Numbered from the stretch's first letter, positions 18,270 through 26,190 are shown. The stretch is 32,000 nt of DNA from Candidatus Iainarchaeum sp. (GCA_028713935.1 JAQTNI010000006.1:1-32000); one strand, 5' to 3'. Notes: a model not told the origin generated them from the letters alone. A program made the numbers and translations.

Positions 18270-19019
18270 ATGCAAAAAACAGAGAAAAGAGAAGTAGTTC
18301 CCCTCATGGTTTCTGATTTTGACAAGCTTATTGAAAGAGGCGGGGTAAAACGCGGCGACAACATACTGATTTCCGGCGGGACAGGGACAGGAAAAACCAC
18401 TTTCTGCATGCAGTCAATACTCAGCGGCGCAATAAAGGGAGAAAAATGTGTTTACCTTACTTTTGAAGAAAGCGTTGAAAAAATAAGGGAAAATCTCAGC
18501 GAAAATTTTGGCTGGAACATTGCGGAACTTGAAAAAAAATGCTGCCTTACAATAACCAAGCTCGACGGCCTGAAAATAGCAAGGCTAGTGGAAGTTGCAC
18601 TGAAAAAAAAATCAGATTCAATGAACATTGACGACAACAGCTTCAGCTTTCCATTCAAGCCAGACAGGATTGTAATAGATTCCCTCAGCGCATTAAGCAT
18701 TGCGTTTTCAAACGATGAAGAAGCATACAGGAGATACCTGCAGTATCTTTTTGACAAGCTCGCCGGCTTCAATTCAGTAAACCTCATTGTCACTGAAACA
18801 ACACAGAACCCGGAAATTTACAGCAGAGAAGGAATAGAAGAATTTCTCGCTGACGGCGTAATAGTGTTATACAACATAAAAGCGCCCGGAGGCCAGAGAT
18901 ACAATGCGCTTGAAATACTAAAGCTGAGATGCTCTGCACACATCAAAAAACTCGTTCCCTACCAGATACAAACAGGCAAGGGAATAATAGTGCTGCCAAA
19001 ACAAAACCTGTTTTCTTAA
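18270..19019 (+). CDS. KaiC/RecA-superfamily single-domain ATPase (KaiC-like)
   Basis: FDKLIERGGVKRGDNILISGGTGTGKTTFCMQ (Walker A), RIVIDSLSAL (Walker B) and ALEILKLRCSAHIKKLVPYQIQTGKGIIVLP are typical of archaeal KaiC-like proteins. Confidence 0.85.
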   Translation: MQKTEKREVVPLMVSDFDKLIERGGVKRGDNILISGGTGTGKTTFCMQSILSGAIKGEKCVYLTFEESVEKIRENLSENFGWNIAELEKKCCLTITKLDGLKIARLVEVALKKKSDSMNIDDNSFSFPFKPDRIVIDSLSALSIAFSNDEEAYRRYLQYLFDKLAGFNSVNLIVTETTQNPEIYSREGIEEFLADGVIVLYNIKAPGGQRYNALEILKLRCSAHIKKLVPYQIQTGKGIIVLPKQNLFS

Positions 19020-19057
19020 AGCATGCAAAATTAAATTACTTGCACTGTTTCTTTATT

Positions 19058-19477
19058 ATGCAAAAATTCGTTTTTTTGGAGCACACTGCTGACGCAAAAT
19101 TCCGGGCATTCGGAAAAACAATCGAGGAATGCTTTGCAAATTCAGCACTGGCAATGAACTCAGTGGAATGCAACACAAAAAAAGTTTCAGCAAAACAAAA
19201 GCTCTCAATGGAAATTTCAGCGCCAAACCCGGAAGAATTGCTGCACAAGTTTCTGGAAGAAACCCTTTTCCAGATGGAAACAAAAGAAATGCTTTTTTCA
19301 AAATTCAAAATAAAAATTTCCAAGGAACAAACTTCCCTCAAAGCAGAATTGTTTGGCGAGCCAATTGACAAAAAAAAGCATGAATTAAAGACACTGATAA
19401 AAGCAGTGACCTGGAACAATTTCTATTTAAAAAAAGAAAAAGGTGCTTGGATTGCGCAGGCTGTCTGCGACACCTGA
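19058..19477 (+). CDS. Archease (activator of the RtcB ligase)
   Basis: MQKFVFLEHTADAKFRAFGKTIEECFANSALAM...IKAVTWNNF matches the archease signature (leHTAD...a.G). A TATA-like AAATTAAATT box is centred about 26 nt upstream of ATG 19058. The longer track ORF (from 18929) overlaps the KaiC-like gene. Confidence 0.9.
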   Translation: MQKFVFLEHTADAKFRAFGKTIEECFANSALAMNSVECNTKKVSAKQKLSMEISAPNPEELLHKFLEETLFQMETKEMLFSKFKIKISKEQTSLKAELFGEPIDKKKHELKTLIKAVTWNNFYLKKEKGAWIAQAVCDT

Positions 19478-19535
19478 TTGGTTTGAACAATCCACAATAA
19501 AATAATTGCGGGGCAATATTTTTATGGTGGGAAAA

Positions 19536-20960
19536 ATGCAGAAAATCCGTGAAGGAGTTTATGAAATCCCAAAAGAAGGGGAAATGAGAGTCCCTGCCAG
19601 AATTTATGCTTCGGAAAAAATTCTTGGCAAAATTGAGCAAGAGGCTTTTCAGCAATTAAAAAATTCTGCTGTCCTGCCGGGAATACAAAAATATGCAATT
19701 GGAATGCCGGACATGCACACGGGCTATGGGCCTCCAATTGGAGGAGTGGGAGCATTTGAAAAAGAAACAGGCGTAATAAGCCCTGGATTTGTCGGATTTG
19801 ACATTTCCTGTTCAGTGCGCTTAATCCGCACAAATCTTGAAGCAAAAGAAATAAAGCCAAAATTAAAAGAATTGATTGAGGTTTTGTTCGAACTGATTCC
19901 TGCAGGGGTTGGGGAAAAAGGAAAAATAAGGCTGGGAAAAGACGAACTTGGAGAATTGTTTGCAAGCGGAGCTGCTTATTCTGTAAAAAAAGGCTATGGC
20001 TGGAAAACGGATTTGGAAAGGACAGAAGAAAACGGAAAAATGAAAAATGCCAATCCTGCAAAAGTTTCTGAAAAGGCTTTTCAAAGAGGCCTGAACCAGT
20101 CAGGCACATTGGGAAGCGGCAACCATTTCCTGGAAATACAGGAAGTAAAAGAAATTTTTGATTCAGAAACAGCAAAAAAATTCGGCTTGTTCAAAGGCCA
20201 GGCAGTAATAATGCTGCACTCTGGCAGCAGGGGAGCAGGGCACCAGATTGCAACAGATTATATCGACAAAATGCTCCAGGCAATGGAAAAATACAAAATA
20301 AAAGTTCCCGACAGGCAGCTGGCGTGCACCCCAATAAATTCAGAGGAAGGCCAGGATTATCTGCAGGCAATGAACTGCGGAGTGAATTATGCCCTGGCAA
20401 ACCACCAAGCAATGACTCATTGGACAAGAGAAGGATTTGAAAAAGTATTCAAGCAAAAAGCAGAAGACTTAGGAATGAATGTTGTTTACACTGTGTGCCA
20501 CAACATAGCAAAACTGGAAAAGCACGAAATAAACGGAAAACAAAAAGAATTGTTGGTGCACAGGAAAGGCGCAACAAGAGCAATGCCTGCAGGAAGAACA
20601 GAAAACCCAAAAGTATACATAACCACGGGGCATCCTGTAATTATTCCCGGTTCAATGGGCACTTCAAGCTATGTTCTTGTCGGAACAGAAACTGCCTTGA
20701 AGGAAACTTTTGCTTCTGTCTGCCATGGTGCTGGAAGGGCAATGTCAAGGCATGCCGCAATGCAGCGGAAAAGAGGCGAAGAAGTAAAAAAAGAGCTTGA
20801 GCTTAAAGGCCAGGTTGTAAAAGGCGCTTCATGGGAGGGGCTGGCTGAAGAGGCGCCTGAAGCATACAAGGACATTGATGAGGTAATAGCTGCAGTTGAA
20901 TTAAGCGGCTTGTGCAAAAAAATTTCAAGGCATTTTCCAATGGCAGTAATGAAAGGATAG
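19536..20960 (+). CDS. rtcB: RNA-splicing ligase RtcB (3'-phosphate/5'-hydroxyl RNA ligase)
   Basis: Motifs GMPDMHTGYG, GSGNHFLEIQ, HSGSRGAGHQ, CHNIA, VHRKGATRA, IIPGSMGTSSYVL and CHGAGRAMSR. SD GGTGG (19526-19530) lies 5 nt before ATG 19536; the alternative ATG is 19524. Confidence 0.97.
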   Translation: MQKIREGVYEIPKEGEMRVPARIYASEKILGKIEQEAFQQLKNSAVLPGIQKYAIGMPDMHTGYGPPIGGVGAFEKETGVISPGFVGFDISCSVRLIRTNLEAKEIKPKLKELIEVLFELIPAGVGEKGKIRLGKDELGELFASGAAYSVKKGYGWKTDLERTEENGKMKNANPAKVSEKAFQRGLNQSGTLGSGNHFLEIQEVKEIFDSETAKKFGLFKGQAVIMLHSGSRGAGHQIATDYIDKMLQAMEKYKIKVPDRQLACTPINSEEGQDYLQAMNCGVNYALANHQAMTHWTREGFEKVFKQKAEDLGMNVVYTVCHNIAKLEKHEINGKQKELLVHRKGATRAMPAGRTENPKVYITTGHPVIIPGSMGTSSYVLVGTETALKETFASVCHGAGRAMSRHAAMQRKRGEEVKKELELKGQVVKGASWEGLAEEAPEAYKDIDEVIAAVELSGLCKKISRHFPMAVMKG

Positions 20961-20961
20961 C

Positions 20962-20970
20962 TTTAAATAT
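20962..20970 (+). promoter_or_regulatory. TATA box (TTTAAATAT) for the large lipoprotein gene; the spacing suggests a leaderless mRNA
   Basis: Centred about 28 nt upstream of ATG 20994, with no SD in between. Confidence 0.45.
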
Positions 20971-20993
20971 TTCGAGAAAGTAATAGTTAGCGT

Positions 20994-23900
20994 ATGTTCA
21001 GAAGGAATAGCAAAACTTTTCTCTTTTTTTTAATAGCCGCGTTGCTTGCCTTGCTTTTTCTTGGCGGCTGTGTAAGCGTTGAAACTGCAAAGTTCAATGA
21101 AAAGGTCTGCAACAAATTTGACGAGCTTGCAAAAGTAAATTCCGGAGTTGTCTGCGCAAAATGGCTCGTGGAAAATTTTTCTTCGGAAATTGATGAACTT
21201 GGCCAGGCAAACCCTGAAATGAAGCAAAACCTCTCGTCATATGCTGAAAGCGATGCAAGAATAAGGTATTTTTGCCAACCAGGCAGGTATCAGGACGGAG
21301 TACAATTAACTCTTGAGGAAAACTGCGGAGAACTCGGGCTTGCCTGCGATGCATTGACAGCGGATTCACCTGGCTTGGCGCATTGCAAACAGCCGGAATG
21401 CGGAAACAGCAAATGCGAAACCAGCGAAAACAATGAAAATTGCCCAGCGGATTGTCCAAAAATTGAAGTTTGCAACAATGATGGGGCCTGTACTGAAGGA
21501 GAAACCCTTGAAAACTGCCCAGCAGACTGCGAAACTGCAACAGAACAACCACCTGTTTCACAGGGAACAAACACCTGTGTTTCAATCACAGGGGATAAAG
21601 GCTCTACTGGAAAAGATGCCTTGCCAAAAGTGCGTTTTTACTGGGGCTGGGGAGACAATGAAAACGAATTGCCTTTGAATGCCTGTGAAAATATTTATTG
21701 TGATCCTGCCCAGTTTTCAATTGTTTTAATGAAAAAAATAAAGCAAATAAATGATGCGGGAGAAAGCTATTTCACTAATCCGCAGCAATATGAAAACATA
21801 ACAAAATTCAATGTAAATTTGATTGGGGATAATTATAATGAAAACTTTTTGAAGGACTTCGCAAATGACCAGGGGCTCTTGGAAGCGCCTGGCTGGTTTA
21901 GTTCTGCAACAACGCCATTCAACAAATATTTGCTGAATGCCGGGGCAATGAATTTTAACCAGGCAAAAATAGAAAGCGGCAAATACTCAGTGGAAATAAT
22001 TGCAAACCTTGGCTTGTATGCGCGGCAGCGAGGGCTCAAGCAATTGTTTTATAATTCAGAGCCAAATGCAACAATAAGAATAAATCTTACAAAAATTTCT
22101 TCTGCAGAAAACAATCCGTTTTATTTCCTGCCAATTAACGGCGGGATTGGCTTGTCGGGAGGCAGAAATGGCTATGGAACCAAATTTGTCCCGAGTTCCA
22201 GTGAAAAAATCTTGATCACTACAAATGTTTTTGCTGAAAGCCCTTCGGGCGCAAAAACAGTGCAAACAAATTTCAGCAATAATGATTTTGAAAAAATGAA
22301 CACTGCAAATACAAGAAGCGTTGTTTTTGCATTAAGCAACAAAGCGGAAACAATGGATTTTTATTCAAGCTCGCCAGTGCAGGTTCTGGGAATTTTTGAC
22401 CCTGCAAATGCAGCAAACGGCTTGTCATACCAATTGCTCAGCAGCAGCGGGGAATTAGAGCCAACTACTGGCAGTGCGACAACCTGGAAAGCATTTGCCT
22501 CGGAAAGCGATTGCAAAGATTCTCAGGGAGGTCCTTTGCCGCACTATGATTCCGATGAAAAACAGCCGAACTGTGATTTGGGAACGGGAAAATCATTTTT
22601 GGTGAAAAAAGGCACTGGAACTTACAAGACATTTTACAGCACAATATTTTATGTTCCACAAAACATGGAATTGTCCCTGAAAACCTGTTCAAACGGAAGC
22701 ATTTTTGCAACAAAAAATGCAGCTGCGAATGAAACACAAACAATTGCACTGGAAAAAAACCCTCAGGACACGCTTGTTTCCATCCAAAGCATTTTCAGCC
22801 TGGTTGAAGAAAAAAAAATCTGTGTTGTGACAAAAAACGGCGCAACAAAGTTTTTCTGGAATGAAAGAAAATTGCCCGAAGAAATACAGGCAAAAGCAAC
22901 AGAATTCACAACCGCAACATTGGCAAGCTGCACAGGCAGTGAAGCGCCGGAACCTGGACAGCCAGAATGCGATGTCAAAAACATTAATGATTTCACTGCA
23001 ACTAAAGCAACAGCCTTGTCTGAGGAATTAAGCCAAAAAGTCTTGGAATTTTTGCTTGAAGGCAGCAGGAACAGGAGCCTGGCAATAACTCTTTTAACAG
23101 GGCAATACACTGCAGGGATTCCTGAAGAAACACAGCAGGAAACAATAAACTACCTGCTTTCTGCAAGCAGCCAGCATTATAACCCGGGATTGGCAAGAAA
23201 CCTTGCAATAGAATTCAATCCAGGCAAAGATTATGGGGCTTGTGATACAAGAAAAGAAAATCCAAAGCCAAGTTCTGAATGCGGGGAAACAGTAAGAAAC
23301 ATTTTTGAGCCAAGCGCAGAGCCGATTGTGTTAAGCCAAGGCTTGTTTGATGAAATATTCAATTATTTAACTGAAGGTGCAAGAAACAAGGGCACTGCAA
23401 AAGAATTTGCAGTTGGGCAACTGCAATACAAAGAGCTAAGCACTGATTTCCAAACAAGCCTTGTGGATTATATTAAGAGCCGCGACAACTGGCTTGCTTT
23501 AAAAGTTGCAAAAGAATTAATGTGCGGAGCAGCTACTACCCCAGAAGACACTGGAAGAACAGAACCAACAGACACTGAAGAAACCACGCCAACTGAAACC
23601 CAGATTTGCACTCCTGCAGCCAAAGAATGCCAGGAAAGTACACTTAGACAATGCAAGGAAGATGGTTCTGGATGGGCTGAAACACAATGCCCAAACGGAT
23701 GCCAAAATGAACAATGCCTGGAATGCATTCCAAATACAATTGTTTGCACTGATACACTGAACAACAAATTCAATCAATGCAATGCAGAAGGGACTGCGTG
23801 GAGTGAAGAGCAAAAATGCGGTGATATTCTCGCAAACAGTTCCTGTGCAATAAATGCAGATGGCATTCAGGGCTGTTATTTGACAGAATGCAAGGAAGAT

Positions 23901-24068
23901 GAAAAAGTTTCCGGCGGAGAAACAGGCATTGAAGCATGCTCCAAAAAAGGATACGATTTATGCAAAGAAGCAAAAGCCTGGGAATGGTTTACAACAAACA
24001 AAAAAACCTGTGATTTTAGAATGGCATTCTGGGGCGGAAGCGCTACCTGCTGCAAAATAACAGAATAA
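20994..24068 (+). CDS. Large (1024 aa) secreted Cys-rich putative lipoprotein / surface protein
   Basis: Signal peptide with a lipobox-like LLFLGGC. Two tandem C-x-N-x-x-C-E...NCPADC motifs (21399-21455 and 21471-21530). An internal tandem repeat of about 85 aa. A T/E/P-rich linker. A C-terminal region with many Cys residues (23606-24065). No C-terminal TM helix. Confidence 0.85.
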   Translation: MFRRNSKTFLFFLIAALLALLFLGGCVSVETAKFNEKVCNKFDELAKVNSGVVCAKWLVENFSSEIDELGQANPEMKQNLSSYAESDARIRYFCQPGRYQDGVQLTLEENCGELGLACDALTADSPGLAHCKQPECGNSKCETSENNENCPADCPKIEVCNNDGACTEGETLENCPADCETATEQPPVSQGTNTCVSITGDKGSTGKDALPKVRFYWGWGDNENELPLNACENIYCDPAQFSIVLMKKIKQINDAGESYFTNPQQYENITKFNVNLIGDNYNENFLKDFANDQGLLEAPGWFSSATTPFNKYLLNAGAMNFNQAKIESGKYSVEIIANLGLYARQRGLKQLFYNSEPNATIRINLTKISSAENNPFYFLPINGGIGLSGGRNGYGTKFVPSSSEKILITTNVFAESPSGAKTVQTNFSNNDFEKMNTANTRSVVFALSNKAETMDFYSSSPVQVLGIFDPANAANGLSYQLLSSSGELEPTTGSATTWKAFASESDCKDSQGGPLPHYDSDEKQPNCDLGTGKSFLVKKGTGTYKTFYSTIFYVPQNMELSLKTCSNGSIFATKNAAANETQTIALEKNPQDTLVSIQSIFSLVEEKKICVVTKNGATKFFWNERKLPEEIQAKATEFTTATLASCTGSEAPEPGQPECDVKNINDFTATKATALSEELSQKVLEFLLEGSRNRSLAITLLTGQYTAGIPEETQQETINYLLSASSQHYNPGLARNLAIEFNPGKDYGACDTRKENPKPSSECGETVRNIFEPSAEPIVLSQGLFDEIFNYLTEGARNKGTAKEFAVGQLQYKELSTDFQTSLVDYIKSRDNWLALKVAKELMCGAATTPEDTGRTEPTDTEETTPTETQICTPAAKECQESTLRQCKEDGSGWAETQCPNGCQNEQCLECIPNTIVCTDTLNNKFNQCNAEGTAWSEEQKCGDILANSSCAINADGIQGCYLTECKEDEKVSGGETGIEACSKKGYDLCKEAKAWEWFTTNKKTCDFRMAFWGGSATCCKITE

Positions 24069-24123
24069 GCCTAATTATTTTATTAATTCCAATTGCCTAA
24101 TTATAATTAGTTTTGGTGTTAAA

Positions 24124-24873
24124 ATGCCAGGAAAACGTTTTGAAAGGCGGAAAGAAAAATTGCGGCGCAAGCAGGCTGCACGCGAGGCAGGAATAAGGCC
24201 TGACCTTTCTGGATTAGTGGCAGACCCTCCTGCAGAGGTTGTGCATGACATTTTTCTTGAATTGTTTGCAAGGAACAAGGCACCGCAAGAGGCAATTAAT
24301 GAAAAAGCAGGCCTTGTGAAAAGGATCCAGGCAAGGCTGGCAAAATTTTCCAAGATGGGGGCTCCCGCAGTCATGCTTGAAAGAGACGGGGCTTTATTGG
24401 CAAATGCCCAGGAATCATTGCGGATTTTCCGGCAATTAAATACAAGGTTCGCAGGCATGGATGATTTTCTGCATTTTGTTTCAAGGCATTTGCCAAGGCT
24501 TATAGAAACGCAAATGAACAATGAGAAAAACATTGAAAGGGAAAGCAAGTTTCTGCGCAAAGACTTAAAATTCAGAATCGGGTTTTTGTTCAGCGTGCAT
24601 GGAATAGGGCTTGGCATAGAAGTGCTTGCAGTTGAAATTGATGCAGCAAAAGAGTGCCTGGAAACTGCAATTGCAATGCGGGATTTTGCAAAGGAATACC
24701 ATACAAGGCTTTCCGGAAAACAAAGGGCTTTTTTAGAAGGGGAAATTGCAACTTACACAAACCTGCTGATTGCCCTGCCAAAAGTCAGGGCAATGGGCAC
24801 TGCGGAAAGGCAAAGGCTTTTGGATTACGCAAAAAAGAGTCCATGGGCATTGCGCAAACAGCCCCCTTTATAA
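24124..24873 (+). CDS. Hypothetical cytoplasmic protein, predicted helical, with a basic N-terminus; no family recognised
   Basis: A 249-aa ORF. SD GGTG (24115-24118) lies 5 nt upstream of the ATG. The composition is protein-like, whereas the overlapping antisense ORF is Ser/Leu/Cys-rich. Confidence 0.6.
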   Translation: MPGKRFERRKEKLRRKQAAREAGIRPDLSGLVADPPAEVVHDIFLELFARNKAPQEAINEKAGLVKRIQARLAKFSKMGAPAVMLERDGALLANAQESLRIFRQLNTRFAGMDDFLHFVSRHLPRLIETQMNNEKNIERESKFLRKDLKFRIGFLFSVHGIGLGIEVLAVEIDAAKECLETAIAMRDFAKEYHTRLSGKQRAFLEGEIATYTNLLIALPKVRAMGTAERQRLLDYAKKSPWALRKQPPL

Positions 24874-24935
24874 ATATTAACCTGTTACAGTTAAGCAGGG
24901 AAATGCTTATATACTTTGGGCGCTGCTATCTCTAT

Positions 24936-26168
24936 ATGACGAACCCTAAGTTTATCTTAGTGGGCCTGTTTTTGATTTTGTTTTCTTTTTTCGGCCAACA
25001 GGTCTTTGCAGCAAACCCTGAATGCAGCGGGATTTCAATAGACACTTATACAATCAGGGTACTGGTTGGAAACTCCTCAATTGAAAGCTTTTCAATCAGG
25101 AATTCAAATTCTGAAAGGTTTTTTGTTGATTCCGCAGTTGCCTATGATTCAAGCCCGAATTTTGATGTCCAGACAAACAGTTATGACAGGGAAATACTGT
25201 CAGAAAGCACTGGCACAATTAATGTCAAGGTTACTGGCAAAATCTTTAACGAAGAACAGCAGGAAAGGGGTTTTTTGGAGCTTAGAGGGCATTTTTTAAG
25301 CGGAAAAACCTGTTCTTTGCAGGATATTGGCAAAAAGAGCTTCTCAGTAATCATTGAAAAAAAGCCTGTTGAAACAGCCCCTGAAAGCATTATAATTCTT
25401 CCGGGCTGGAGAGGCAATCTCAGCAATTATTGCGGCAATATTGACTTTTTTGCCCCAAGCAAAATTGAAATTCAGGGCAACTCAGGGCAATTTGAACTTA
25501 CAATTGACAATAAGTCCGAGTACAGGACAACAATAAGGATTTCAGCAAAAAACAGCTCTGCAAACCCTTCATTGATTTCAGTGCCAAAAAAAAGCAGAAT
25601 AACTGAAACAATAGAAATTCAAACCAATTCAGGCCAAACAGAAATTGAATATTTGATTGAAAATTCTGTTTGCAGCTTTACAAGAAAAACAACAGTTTCC
25701 ACTGTACAAACACAAACTCTTGCTGAAAGCATTGCAATAAGCACAATAGTGCCTGACACAAATGGCACAGGATACAAATTGGCTGTTTCACTGCAAAACA
25801 AAACAGGCAAACCAATTTCAGGCAGCCTTGCGCTTAATTTGCCAGGCGATTGGCAGGCAGAAGGAACAAAAGAAATTGAATTGAATGCCTTTGAAACAAA
25901 AACAGCAATTTTCAATATAAGCCCAAAAGAAGAGCTGAAAAACAATTTTACTGGGAACGTTTCATTCAACAGCAATAGTGAAACAATTTTCACTCAATTT
26001 GAATTGAAGCCAAAGCAAAAAACAGGCATTCCCGCAATTGCAGGGACAATGCTTGCATTGCTTGGCAGCAATATATGGGCAGGATTGCTTGTGGTCTTCA
26101 TAATCCTTGTTGCAATACTTTTCCTGCTGGCAAATTACAGCAGAAAACAAAGCAAAGTACTCTCATAA
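24936..26168 (+). CDS. Single-pass surface protein P3 (signal peptide, two Cys-bounded beta-sandwich-like repeats, a CARDB/NEW3-like domain, C-terminal TM anchor)
   Basis: The ATG at 24936 gives MTNPKFILVGLFLILFSFFGQQVFA. A TATA-like TTATATAC box (24907-24914) lies about 26 nt upstream. The C-terminal hydrophobic stretch is IWAGLLVVFIILVAILFLLANY. The upstream part of the track ORF (from 24654) overlaps the previous gene in another frame. Confidence 0.75.
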   Translation: MTNPKFILVGLFLILFSFFGQQVFAANPECSGISIDTYTIRVLVGNSSIESFSIRNSNSERFFVDSAVAYDSSPNFDVQTNSYDREILSESTGTINVKVTGKIFNEEQQERGFLELRGHFLSGKTCSLQDIGKKSFSVIIEKKPVETAPESIIILPGWRGNLSNYCGNIDFFAPSKIEIQGNSGQFELTIDNKSEYRTTIRISAKNSSANPSLISVPKKSRITETIEIQTNSGQTEIEYLIENSVCSFTRKTTVSTVQTQTLAESIAISTIVPDTNGTGYKLAVSLQNKTGKPISGSLALNLPGDWQAEGTKEIELNAFETKTAIFNISPKEELKNNFTGNVSFNSNSETIFTQFELKPKQKTGIPAIAGTMLALLGSNIWAGLLVVFIILVAILFLLANYSRKQSKVLS

Positions 26169-26190
26169 CAAAGCAAAGCGAGGTGAAAAC

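Noticed and set aside
19522-20175. A 217-aa minus-strand ORF
   Set aside because: It is antisense to the highly conserved rtcB. It has Leu/Phe/Gln/Pro-rich composition and no start-site signals.
24075-24617. A 180-aa minus-strand ORF overlapping the orphan 249-aa gene
   Set aside because: Its composition is Ser/Leu/Cys/Asn-rich and antisense-like. The + strand ORF has a GGTG SD 5 nt upstream and a plausible helical-protein composition. The call remains less certain than the others.
24654-24935. An upstream extension of the P3 ORF (the track ORF starts at 24654)
   Set aside because: It overlaps the 3' end of the preceding gene in another frame. A good signal peptide begins at ATG 24936, with a TATA-like box about 26 nt upstream.
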